From IMG/VR virus record IMGVR_UViG_3300032046_000034, positions 1-52,584 of that record: a stretch of DNA of 52,584 nt; one strand, 5' to 3'. Shown here piece by piece: positions 27,636-35,942 of the stretch. The notes beneath the pieces were generated by a model, which was not told the DNA's origin, did not search any database, and saw nothing but the letters and a program-made list of their open reading frames with translations. Each line of letters opens with the position of its first letter. Positions within the stretch are counted from its first letter, which is position 1. Position numbers and translations under genes: made by a program. This stretch comes from a virus. Lineage: Duplodnaviria > Caudoviricetes.

Positions 27636-28490
27636 ATGTCCGCCTCCTCATGGGCGGAAACCAAGGACGGGTTCCGGCTCCACCTCCTAGCCACCGGCCA
27701 TAGCCGCACTACCATCCTCGGCTATCTCTACACCCTGGGCCTGTTCGAGCGGTGGTGCGAGGCTCGGGGCACTAGCGCGCACAAGGCCAAGCAGAGCCAG
27801 GTTCATCGCTGGGTCGCAGGCCGCCTCGAAGACTGGAGCCTCACCACTAACCAGCGCTCCATCTCCGCCCTCCGTTCCTTCTACCGTTGGCTGATGGCGA
27901 CCCGTCGGCGCCGTGAGAACCCCACCGACGGCCTCAAGCTGCGCCTTGTTCACCCCGTCCCACATAGGCCCTACACGCCGGCGGAGCTCCGCGCCCTCCT
28001 TGCCGCCACCGAGAATGACCCGCGCCGGGGCCAGCGTGACAGGGCGATGCTGCTGACCCTCATAGGAAGCGGCGTCCGTGTCGGGGAGTTGGCCGCCATG
28101 CGGACTGAGGACATTGACTGGGAAGGCGGGACAATCCTGGTGCATGGGAAGGGGGCCAAGGAGAGGTACATCGCGCCCGGCCAAGCAGTAATGACGGCTC
28201 TACGGAATCACCTGAACGGGCACCGAGGGCCTGTCTGGCCGATCAAGATCGCGGCCATAGAGGCGATGATCCACCGCCGCGCTCGGGAGGCCAGCCTGGG
28301 GCGGATTCACCCGCACGGCTTCAGGCACACGTTTGCGATCATGTTCCTAGAGCAAAGCCGGGACCTGGACGCGCTGAGGGTCATTCTGGGTCATGAGACG
28401 CTGAAGCAGGCGGGGGAGTATGCGGCCTACACGGCCCAGGCGCGGGCGCTGGATCAGCAGCGGGAATTGGACCTGGCCGGTCATCTCTAG
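27636..28490 (+). CDS. int: Tyrosine recombinase / integrase (XerC-like)
   Basis: GVRVGEL, GKGAKER, HPHGFRHTFA, LGH and catalytic Y in EYA. Confidence 0.92.
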   Translation: MSASSWAETKDGFRLHLLATGHSRTTILGYLYTLGLFERWCEARGTSAHKAKQSQVHRWVAGRLEDWSLTTNQRSISALRSFYRWLMATRRRRENPTDGLKLRLVHPVPHRPYTPAELRALLAATENDPRRGQRDRAMLLTLIGSGVRVGELAAMRTEDIDWEGGTILVHGKGAKERYIAPGQAVMTALRNHLNGHRGPVWPIKIAAIEAMIHRRAREASLGRIHPHGFRHTFAIMFLEQSRDLDALRVILGHETLKQAGEYAAYTAQARALDQQRELDLAGHL

Positions 28491-28720
28491 ATCGTTGCCA
28501 CCAGGGCCCGACGCCGTGCACCGTCAGGACGATGACCCATTCTCGCCAGGGGGCGCGGAGGATTCGCCAGGGGTCGAGGTAGCGGTTATACCCACGTCGC
28601 GCTTCCAGACGTAGACGGCGGTCCAGTCGGATGCCTCTAGGATGATGACGACGGGTGATTCCGGCAATGGTTTGTCTAGGCGGAATCTCTTGATCCCCAC
28701 TCGGCATGGCCGACACCTCC

Positions 28721-29524
28721 TTAGACTGTGGGCCTCACGCCGACAACGGCCAGCTTGTTTGAGAGAAGTTGAAGATCGCCATTCGCCCACGCCTTCCCCA
28801 GGTCAAGCCACATCCGCAGGATAGCCAGCTCCTTCTTCTCCGCTTCGCTCATGGTATCCTCCTGGTGGGCGAACTCCGCCCATTCCGCATCGGTGGCGTG
28901 GGCTATCGTGTAGGCTTGGCAGCCTAGGAGGCCGCGCCGGTTGACCTCTTGCACCTGCTCGGCGACCGCGGCGGCCCCGACCCCATCGTAGGTCTGGATC
29001 GTGGGGAGTATAGGAATGCCGCCGAAGTCCTTGCCGTCCAGGCAGGCAGAGAAGGCTTTGGCGACGCCCTGCCCGAATGTCTTGGGGTATATCATCGGAA
29101 GCCAGCCAGTGATGTGGCGACGGAGGACCTGCTGGTAGGGAAGATTCAGCCGGTTCCCCCGCGTGTCTACTGAGGCGTAGAGTTCAACGGTCGGATGCCG
29201 AGCACGGAAGGCTGCGATAAGGGTCTGCATCGCGTTTGCGCCCAGTCGTTCCCACTCGACCTCGGCGTTGATGACAGCGGCTACGGCACCGGCGTCTACC
29301 GCGTTCGCCAACTTCTGGGCCTCGCCCTCTGGATTGTTGGGGTAGACGTAGCGCTCGATAAGGAAGGGAATATTGGCCCTCGTAAAGGCCACTTCAACAT
29401 CAGGGTGTCCGTACTTTATGACCATGAAGCGTAACTTGGCATCTACGGCCCGTTGCACACACTCATCAAGTGGAAGCGAACCGTAGGAATTCCACCACGC
29501 GCCCCGACCCTCGGCGATGATCAT
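28721..29524 (-). CDS. Putative endolysin (TIM-barrel glycoside hydrolase, GH25-like)
   Basis: FMVIK, VINAEVEWE, WLPMIY; lies next to holin-like genes at the end of the late arm. Confidence 0.6.
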   Translation of the reverse strand: MIIAEGRGAWWNSYGSLPLDECVQRAVDAKLRFMVIKYGHPDVEVAFTRANIPFLIERYVYPNNPEGEAQKLANAVDAGAVAAVINAEVEWERLGANAMQTLIAAFRARHPTVELYASVDTRGNRLNLPYQQVLRRHITGWLPMIYPKTFGQGVAKAFSACLDGKDFGGIPILPTIQTYDGVGAAAVAEQVQEVNRRGLLGCQAYTIAHATDAEWAEFAHQEDTMSEAEKKELAILRMWLDLGKAWANGDLQLLSNKLAVVGVRPTV

Positions 29525-29541
29525 TATGCGCCTCCCTGGGC

Positions 29542-29571
29542 TTGCCCACATACACGTACAGATGCTATACT
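29542..29571 (+). promoter_or_regulatory. Promoter of the LAGLIDADG gene (leaderless)
   Basis: TTGCCC-18 nt-TATACT with extended TG; ATG 6 nt downstream. Confidence 0.6.
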
Positions 29572-29577
29572 GATGTC

Positions 29578-30081
29578 ATGCCGCATAAGAGTCCTGAAGT
29601 CCGCCGAGCGTACTGCCGACAATATCATCTTGATCACGCCGGCACCTGCCTTGACTGCGGGGGCAAACTGGGCGGGCACGGGGCGAAGCGATGTCTCGCT
29701 TGCTCCCGGTTGCATCTCTGGGGAGATCGCTCGATGGTGAAGATCGGCACGATTGGCGCCGCCTACCTTGGTGCCCTGATTGATGCTGATGGCTGGATCA
29801 TTAACTTCTTTCTCCCAAAGGCGCAGCCGGGTTCCCGGTGGTCTAGGCGCGCTGGCGTAGCTATGCAACTTGAGAGTGCAGAGGGAGTGGAGTGCATAGC
29901 CGCCATCCTCCGGTTGACTAGGGCTGGCAATATCCGAATCTGGAACCCTGGCGGCCACAGCGGGAAATTGCTCATCTCTTGGAACCTGACGGGAAAGCAA
30001 CGAGTGACCGAATTGTGCCAAGCCATAGCGCCGTTCTCCGTCAAGGCGCAACGGTTCCTGGCTAACTATGCCCCTCCCTAG
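29578..30081 (+). CDS. LAGLIDADG homing endonuclease with N-terminal Zn finger
   Basis: AAYLGALIDADGWI; CLDC...CLAC; antisense to the lysis genes. Confidence 0.85.
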   Translation: MPHKSPEVRRAYCRQYHLDHAGTCLDCGGKLGGHGAKRCLACSRLHLWGDRSMVKIGTIGAAYLGALIDADGWIINFFLPKAQPGSRWSRRAGVAMQLESAEGVECIAAILRLTRAGNIRIWNPGGHSGKLLISWNLTGKQRVTELCQAIAPFSVKAQRFLANYAPP

Positions 30082-30117
30082 ATTCCACCAGCCCCACCGG
30101 CCTTCTAGGATCGCCAT
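30082..30117 (-). pseudogene. Relic 5' end of the endolysin
   Basis: MAILEGRWGWWN versus MIIAEGRGAWWN. Confidence 0.7.
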
Positions 30118-30242
30118 AGTCCTCTCCCCTCGGCCCCCGGCCCCCTAGCGCCCGCGCCAGCAGGCCGATGATCCAGTCCTGCCCTGCCGGGCTGAAGCGG
30201 TTCACCGCGCTCAGGTCGGTGCTCGAGTGCGGCGGGCACCAG

Positions 30243-30440
30243 TTATCGCCAGCCGAAGAAGAAGTGACCGGCTGCCCAGATTGCAAGGCCCGCTCCTGCC
30301 CACCAGCACCAGGGATGGGAGATGATCCAGCGTACCTGCTCAGTGAGTGTGTCCCCGCTCTGCTTGTTGAACCAGACGGCCCATATCTCCAGGGCCAGCC
30401 CAGACAGCGCCCAGACGCCCCACGCGATGCGAGGGTTCAT
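30243..30440 (-). CDS. Holin-like membrane protein
   Basis: Two Trp-rich TM segments. Confidence 0.6.
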   Translation of the reverse strand: MNPRIAWGVWALSGLALEIWAVWFNKQSGDTLTEQVRWIISHPWCWWAGAGLAIWAAGHFFFGWR

Positions 30441-30616
30441 CGCGTCAGCACCTCCAAAACTACTGCCAGCAACGTTCCGGCCACGCCTAGCACGAGCAAA
30501 TAGACGGCGGTCTCGATCCGCCCCATCCGATGCGTCAGGCCGTTGAAGAGGTACTCGTGTATCTCGACGCACTTCTGCTCCACTGTGGCCAGCCGCTCAC
30601 CTTGCGTTGGGGCCAT
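30437..30616 (-). CDS. Coiled-coil plus TM lysis protein (XhlA/holin-like)
   Basis: ERLATVEQK...AVYLLVLGVAGTLLAVVL; GGAGG RBS. Confidence 0.55.
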   Translation of the reverse strand: MAPTQGERLATVEQKCVEIHEYLFNGLTHRMGRIETAVYLLVLGVAGTLLAVVLEVLTR

Positions 30617-30862
30617 TCAGTTCCCTCCGATCAGCGCCACTAGCCTGAACTCTCTTTGCGCCCCTCGTTCTCCCGGGCGGGTAACAGCGAATGGTTCCAA
30701 GAGGGCGACCCAGCCGCCGGCTTTGATGTGGGCGGCGCAAGCCATCGCTTGGGGCAGTACACAGCACCCTCCTGCTCGTTCATCAAGATGAGGATCAACG
30801 GCAGGTCTCCCTTGATTCGGAATCGGCGTGCTATCTCCACATTCCTCGTCCATCATGCCCCC

Positions 30863-32104
30863 CTAGATCACCGTCGCCCAACTGCGCCCGCCGCCCCCTG
30901 GCAGGGTCGGCGTGGTGAACAGGCTGTGGTCGTACACGTTGACGTAGGTGAGCCACTGCATCATGCACATGGTCACGCGCCAGGTTATGTTATGCGAGGC
31001 CCCGTTCGGCACCTGGCAGCCGAAGTTTAGGGCGGTCATGTCGGTGATGACCCAACCGCCGGACTTGTAGAACTGACCGGGGACTCCCAGATAGGTTCCG
31101 CCAGGGCGTGGCACGGTGGCGGCGGTTCCCAGGCTGTTATAAAAGGCCCCCGCCCACTTTGTTCCGTCGCCCTCGTCGCGGTGGACGATGTTGCCCACGG
31201 GGCCAGCCTCGCTGATACCTTGTATGACCGTGTGCGTGTCAATCCCCACCGTCGCCTCGGTCTGGCCGTCGCTGACTTGGTGCCTGTTCGCCCAGGGCGT
31301 GATGTTCCGGTTGTAACTCGTGTCGTCGTCGGGGCCGGTGGCGTCAGCCCAGTTCTTGTATTGGTCAGTTGCCTCTGGCGAGCCTGTCCAGTCGTCCTCC
31401 GCCGTGTCCGCGATGGGGAGTTGGCGGTGAACCTCGGGCTTGGGCCAGTCTTTCAGGTGGGGCGCGTCAGCAGTGGTGGTGGTTGACAGGCCAGCTACAT
31501 CATCTAGGGTTACATAAATGGCTGCGTTCGCCACGGCAGGGCAGGTGTACATCACATGAGCACCCGCACCATTGGGAAATGCCCCGATGTCCACCGACCA
31601 CTGCTGAACATCATTGATGAATAACGTTGCCCAGACATGGCTTGTGCTGATTGTCAGGGGGTCTATAAAGAGGCTGACTTCCTTGAACGTGGCGTCATCC
31701 GTCGCCAGGGCATCGGTTGACCAGCCTGTGAGAGCAACCCGGTCGGCCCAGGCAGCAGCCATCTTGACGAGGCATATCTTGCTATCAGTGCCGACTTCAA
31801 GGCCCAGAAGGTTGCCCCCCGCCGCTAGGCATCCTGTCAAGCAATAGGCGAGTGAGGGAATGCCGGATTGTACGGCCCAGGCGTGCCAGTGGCCTATATG
31901 AAGATTCTCAAACGATATGACCGCTCCGGCTAGTGCCGCCTGGCTACCGTTTACATTGATGCGGATAGCACCCACGCCGCTCTTGATGGGCGATGTGACA
32001 TTAGCCCAACCGGCAGGAGTAGCTAGACCCAATGAACCGTCCACCAAGAGGGTCCGGCTCTCGCCACCTAGATACTGGATGTACAGGGGCGCAGCGACGG
32101 TCAT
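30863..32104 (-). CDS. Virion tail / receptor-binding protein (beta-sandwich)
   Basis: Gly/Thr/Ala beta-rich; located in the tail module. Confidence 0.6.
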   Translation of the reverse strand: MTVAAPLYIQYLGGESRTLLVDGSLGLATPAGWANVTSPIKSGVGAIRINVNGSQAALAGAVISFENLHIGHWHAWAVQSGIPSLAYCLTGCLAAGGNLLGLEVGTDSKICLVKMAAAWADRVALTGWSTDALATDDATFKEVSLFIDPLTISTSHVWATLFINDVQQWSVDIGAFPNGAGAHVMYTCPAVANAAIYVTLDDVAGLSTTTTADAPHLKDWPKPEVHRQLPIADTAEDDWTGSPEATDQYKNWADATGPDDDTSYNRNITPWANRHQVSDGQTEATVGIDTHTVIQGISEAGPVGNIVHRDEGDGTKWAGAFYNSLGTAATVPRPGGTYLGVPGQFYKSGGWVITDMTALNFGCQVPNGASHNITWRVTMCMMQWLTYVNVYDHSLFTTPTLPGGGGRSWATVI

Positions 32105-32336
32105 GCGAACACCACGCCTTTGTTGTCCTCGTCATAGGCCGCTATCTCATCGCCCGCCAGCTCAAGGCACCTCAGGCAACGCATGTCATGGGGAACCGGC
32201 CCATAGGTGCAAGGTTGTGCAGGTGTCCCGCAGGCGGCCTCGTAGAGGTCAGCGCGGATTTTGCGCGGGTCCGCCCTTAGCCAGTGCCAGGGGCGCTCAA
32301 CGTCGTTTCGGTCATCAGCCCATTCGCCAGCCCAAC

Positions 32337-32777
32337 TCATGCCTTCACCCCCACCGCCTTTAGCAGCGCGGCCCACTTGATTTCTAGCACCTGCCAACGG
32401 TCAACCTGGTCCACGGCGGGCATCCCGACAATCTGGGTCGCTCCCCGATGGGCGTCCGCAGCGCACGCGGCGGGGTCTATGAGGGCTCGCAGGGTTGTGG
32501 CCCGGGGCCAGACTACTTTCGCCCTGAGAAGCGCGGCCTTGTAGAGCGCCCTGATCCCGGCGTCGGTGCCGTCGCTGATGGTGATGCCCGCGTGTACCAG
32601 CGTCTTGTCGTTCTCGTCCAGCGTCGCCCAGAAGCAGCCCAGGGGCGGGTCAACGACGAAAATATACCGCTCGCTAGTGATGGCGTTCTCAATAGCCTCC
32701 CATGCCCATACCTGCTTGCGGCTACGCAGGCGCTCGTCGATGTAGGCTGCGTCTTTGATGGTCGCTAGACGGGCCAT
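32337..32777 (-). CDS. Hypothetical protein, possibly GNAT-like
   Basis: N-terminal RLATIKDAAYI resembles the GNAT beta1-alpha1 segment. Confidence 0.45.
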   Translation of the reverse strand: MARLATIKDAAYIDERLRSRKQVWAWEAIENAITSERYIFVVDPPLGCFWATLDENDKTLVHAGITISDGTDAGIRALYKAALLRAKVVWPRATTLRALIDPAACAADAHRGATQIVGMPAVDQVDRWQVLEIKWAALLKAVGVKA

Positions 32778-32803
32778 GACAATTCCTCTATACTGCCAGC
32801 GAG

Positions 32804-33016
32804 ATGTCCATTCACTACGGCGAATCCCGCGAGCAACCGCTGGATTATGACAAGAAGGGCTGGCAGGTCATTCAGGTTTCGTTGCCCAATGACATCAAGC
32901 CGGGTGAATGGTTCTGTCCATTTCATTCCTGTAGAATCTTCCGCACTCTCCGGTCGCTGCCTTCGGGCGAACTGACCGAAGTCCTCTACTGCCCATCCTG
33001 CCAGCAGCGTAACTAA
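32804..33016 (+). CDS. Antisense Zn-ribbon moron
   Basis: CPFHSC...CPSC; TATACT at 32789-32794. Confidence 0.55.
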   Translation: MSIHYGESREQPLDYDKKGWQVIQVSLPNDIKPGEWFCPFHSCRIFRTLRSLPSGELTEVLYCPSCQQRN

Positions 33017-33071
33017 CCAGCCGCTCCTCGATGATGGTCTCTGCGTCTTCGGGCTTCGCTCCGGCGGGCTG

Positions 33072-33884
33072 TCATGTCATCCGTAACCTCAAAGTCAGCG
33101 TTGCGAACTCGCAGGTAGTACAGGAGTCTACGTTCACCGTCAGCGTGGCCCCCGCCGCTATCGTGATATCCGCCCAGTCAACCGTGAGGTCCTGGTTCTT
33201 CACGGCGCTAGAAAGCGTTGGCTTGGTGCCTGTAGCTATCATGGTGTCGGCTACAGTGGGCGGGTGGTTAGCGTAGGAATCGCTCCACAAATCGAGCACG
33301 AGACTGCCCGAAGGGCTGCCCACGAGCGTCCAACCCTCCACGGTACAGCCGGGCATATCGGGAATCTCAATCGCAATGCCGTCTGCAATCTCCGCCCCCC
33401 CGCCGTTGATGTGGATTACGAAGCGGCGTAGGTCGCCCACGAGTCCAGCGAGACTACCGCTTCCCAGGCCAACAATACCATCAAGCCCATCAGCCCCATC
33501 TAGGCCAGGCGGCCCCATCGGGCCAACGACGCAGTTTCCCGGCGGCCCTGGGATTGGGGATGCGTCTAGGCCATCAGTGCCGTCAAAGCCGGGTATGGTC
33601 GGGCCGGCGGCCCCCGGGACTCCCGCTGCTCCCGGAATCGGAAAGCTATCAAAGCCGTCCGTGCCATCGAATCCCGGCGGTCCTACAATGGAGGCTCCGT
33701 CGGCTCCGGCTGGTCCCGCCGGGCCTGTCTCCCCGGCGCCGCCACCTTGAACCGTGACGCGGGTTACGGCTATATCCCCCGCCCGTGTCGCCCGCTCCTG
33801 CCGTTTCTGGCGCCGATCCATGCGCTTGGCGAACGGCCCCAAGCCTTCACGGTGCTCTTGAACAAGCGGCTTTCTTGGCACCAC
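33072..33884 (-). CDS. Collagen-like tail fibre protein
   Basis: Interrupted Gly-X-Y repeats plus a C-terminal beta domain. Confidence 0.75.
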   Translation of the reverse strand: MVPRKPLVQEHREGLGPFAKRMDRRQKRQERATRAGDIAVTRVTVQGGGAGETGPAGPAGADGASIVGPPGFDGTDGFDSFPIPGAAGVPGAAGPTIPGFDGTDGLDASPIPGPPGNCVVGPMGPPGLDGADGLDGIVGLGSGSLAGLVGDLRRFVIHINGGGAEIADGIAIEIPDMPGCTVEGWTLVGSPSGSLVLDLWSDSYANHPPTVADTMIATGTKPTLSSAVKNQDLTVDWADITIAAGATLTVNVDSCTTCEFATLTLRLRMT

Positions 33885-33890
33885 AGCCCC

Positions 33891-34262
33891 CTAGATGAAG
33901 CAGATCGTTCCTTCGCCCTCAATCGTCAGCGCAGTAGTCGTGCCAGCGCCGCCAACGAGGAAGTCGGCAACCTCCATGTCCAGGTAGCCGTACCAGTCGT
34001 AGGCCGAGTTGGCAGGAACCGACAGGTCATAGCCGATGACTTCTGTCCCTGCCGCGTTCCCACCCGTCGCGCCCAGCCACAGCCTGAAGGTCGCCGCCGA
34101 TGCTGTCTTGTTGACGATTCGGATATGCCGAATGACCATGTGCGGCTGGGTCAGCGTCAAGCCTACCGGCCCTGCGAGGGATGTGATGTTGCAGTTCAGG
34201 ATGTTCGTCGTGTAGGTCGTGGTCAGCGCGACCGGCCCGAACCTAACAAACTTATCTGCCAT
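33891..34262 (-). CDS. Small virion structural protein
   Basis: AAAGGAG RBS; beta-rich. Confidence 0.6.
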   Translation of the reverse strand: MADKFVRFGPVALTTTYTTNILNCNITSLAGPVGLTLTQPHMVIRHIRIVNKTASAATFRLWLGATGGNAAGTEVIGYDLSVPANSAYDWYGYLDMEVADFLVGGAGTTTALTIEGEGTICFI

Positions 34263-34277
34263 GTTAGTTTCTCCTTT

Positions 34278-35942
34278 CTAGGTGTACTCCACCTGGACAG
34301 CCACGTCGCGCTCGCCGCTCGCTTCATCTGGCTGTAGCGATAGCAGCCGCACCTTCCGGCTGACACCCCCGAAGCGGACGTTGGGCAAGACGGCGGTGAA
34401 GGTATCACCGAGCCCGAGGTCCCAGGGCGCGGATGGGGCCAGCGTCAGGTACAGTTCCTCAGCGGCGTTGGCCGGTGCCTCTAGGGCCTTCTGTGCGGCG
34501 CTGGCCAGCACGGCCTCATCGGTGTCGAGCGGCAGGTTGACCACCACATCCCGTGCCAGCGTCATACCCACAGCCAGGTTGCGCATCTGGACCTCCGAGG
34601 CACCGCCGATGACCGCCGCCTTACCTGCGGCCGACGCAGGCCGGCCCATCGTGGCCGCCGCCGCCGCCCGGTCGCTCACGGCCTCGCCGCCGCCTATGGC
34701 GATGGCGGAGCGGGCAACACCCTGGCTGGTCTCCTTGTAGCTGGAGGCGGTGAAATGCTTGCCCTCATAGAGCGCGATCTCGCGGCTCCGGTCCTGGCCC
34801 CGTCTCTGGCCCCAGCGTAGGGCGATCTCTATCTTCTGCCGGCTGATGATCTCCTCCAGCCACCATTCGTCGCCTGTCTTGTCGGCGAGGTCATTCAGGG
34901 CATCGCCGAGCTGGGCGCTCCCCGCGTCGAAGTCGCCCCGGATCGGACTGCCGGGCTCGCTGGCCTTGCTGGGCCAGACGCCGGTAGGGTTCTGGCTATT
35001 GGCGAGCCGCAGGAGTTGCATCGCTATGACGCCGGCAGCCTGGCCGCTGAAAGAACAGTCCTGGGGCAGGGCGCGCTCGAAGAGCACCTGGGCGTAGGCC
35101 GGGCCGGTGATCTCTACGGTGCCGTCGTCCTTGTGCTCTACGTCGTCGATGCGGCCCAGGAAGGGCGGGCAGCCCGCTTTCGTCGACCGGATGGCCACCA
35201 CGAGGCCCTTGCGGACGGTGTCGCGGTTGGCCTGGGGATCGTCGCGGCTGATGGCGAAGGAGAACGTCCCCGGCCCCTTGTCGGCCAGCGTGTGGACCAG
35301 GAGGCGATTGATGTCATGGGCCGTCCTGAACTCAGCGAGCATGGCGAAGGAGGGGAAGTCGTCATGGACAGTGACGATGGCGGCCCCGCCCTGGCCATCC
35401 TCGTATTCGATATGCAGCAAGGGGGCATTGGCAGACGAGCGATCATAGGAATAGAGCTGGCGGTAGGCGCTCGCGGTTGAGTCGTCATTCTCATGGAATA
35501 GGCTGATGGCGTTGCCGTCCGCCCAGCCGATCCGGTTCACAACCTCCTGGATCACCTGCCGTATGTCGGGGCTCCTCGCCGGGGCCTCGGCGGCGATGCT
35601 GGGGATGTTGTCCCAGTCGACGTAGGCCGTTGTGCGTGTCCGGCTGATGAAGTCAGCATAACTGACAACCTGCGTCGGATTGTCAGCGGCCTCGGCCTTG
35701 ATGGTACTTTTGACCGTCGTGCCGGACTGGGTAGTGTGCCCCGTGTAGTCCAGGTAGGCCCGAATGATCTTGGCGCTACGGGGAATACTAACGGCAGCGT
35801 ATCGAATCCAGGCATGGTTGGCTGCGAGGCCGCTGTGACCAACCAGGACGTAATTCCCGGCTGAAACCCAGCCGCCTGGTGTAACGGCATACCCGTCATC
35901 GGCCCCCGCCGCTACCGGGACCCGGACGACCTTGATGCTCAT
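34278..35942 (-). CDS. Minor tail / hub protein with N-terminal extra beta domain
   Basis: Follows the distal tail gene; ADDG...P.LHIEY module, then a hub-like domain ending LGLGDTF. Confidence 0.7.
   Translation of the reverse strand: MSIKVVRVPVAAGADDGYAVTPGGWVSAGNYVLVGHSGLAANHAWIRYAAVSIPRSAKIIRAYLDYTGHTTQSGTTVKSTIKAEAADNPTQVVSYADFISRTRTTAYVDWDNIPSIAAEAPARSPDIRQVIQEVVNRIGWADGNAISLFHENDDSTASAYRQLYSYDRSSANAPLLHIEYEDGQGGAAIVTVHDDFPSFAMLAEFRTAHDINRLLVHTLADKGPGTFSFAISRDDPQANRDTVRKGLVVAIRSTKAGCPPFLGRIDDVEHKDDGTVEITGPAYAQVLFERALPQDCSFSGQAAGVIAMQLLRLANSQNPTGVWPSKASEPGSPIRGDFDAGSAQLGDALNDLADKTGDEWWLEEIISRQKIEIALRWGQRRGQDRSREIALYEGKHFTASSYKETSQGVARSAIAIGGGEAVSDRAAAAATMGRPASAAGKAAVIGGASEVQMRNLAVGMTLARDVVVNLPLDTDEAVLASAAQKALEAPANAAEELYLTLAPSAPWDLGLGDTFTAVLPNVRFGGVSRKVRLLSLQPDEASGERDVAVQVEYT

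Noticed and set aside
29524-30117. 197-aa minus-strand ORF or group I intron
   Set aside because: Beyond the first 12 codons it is the antisense shadow of the LAGLIDADG gene; there is no room for a ribozyme core outside the ORF.
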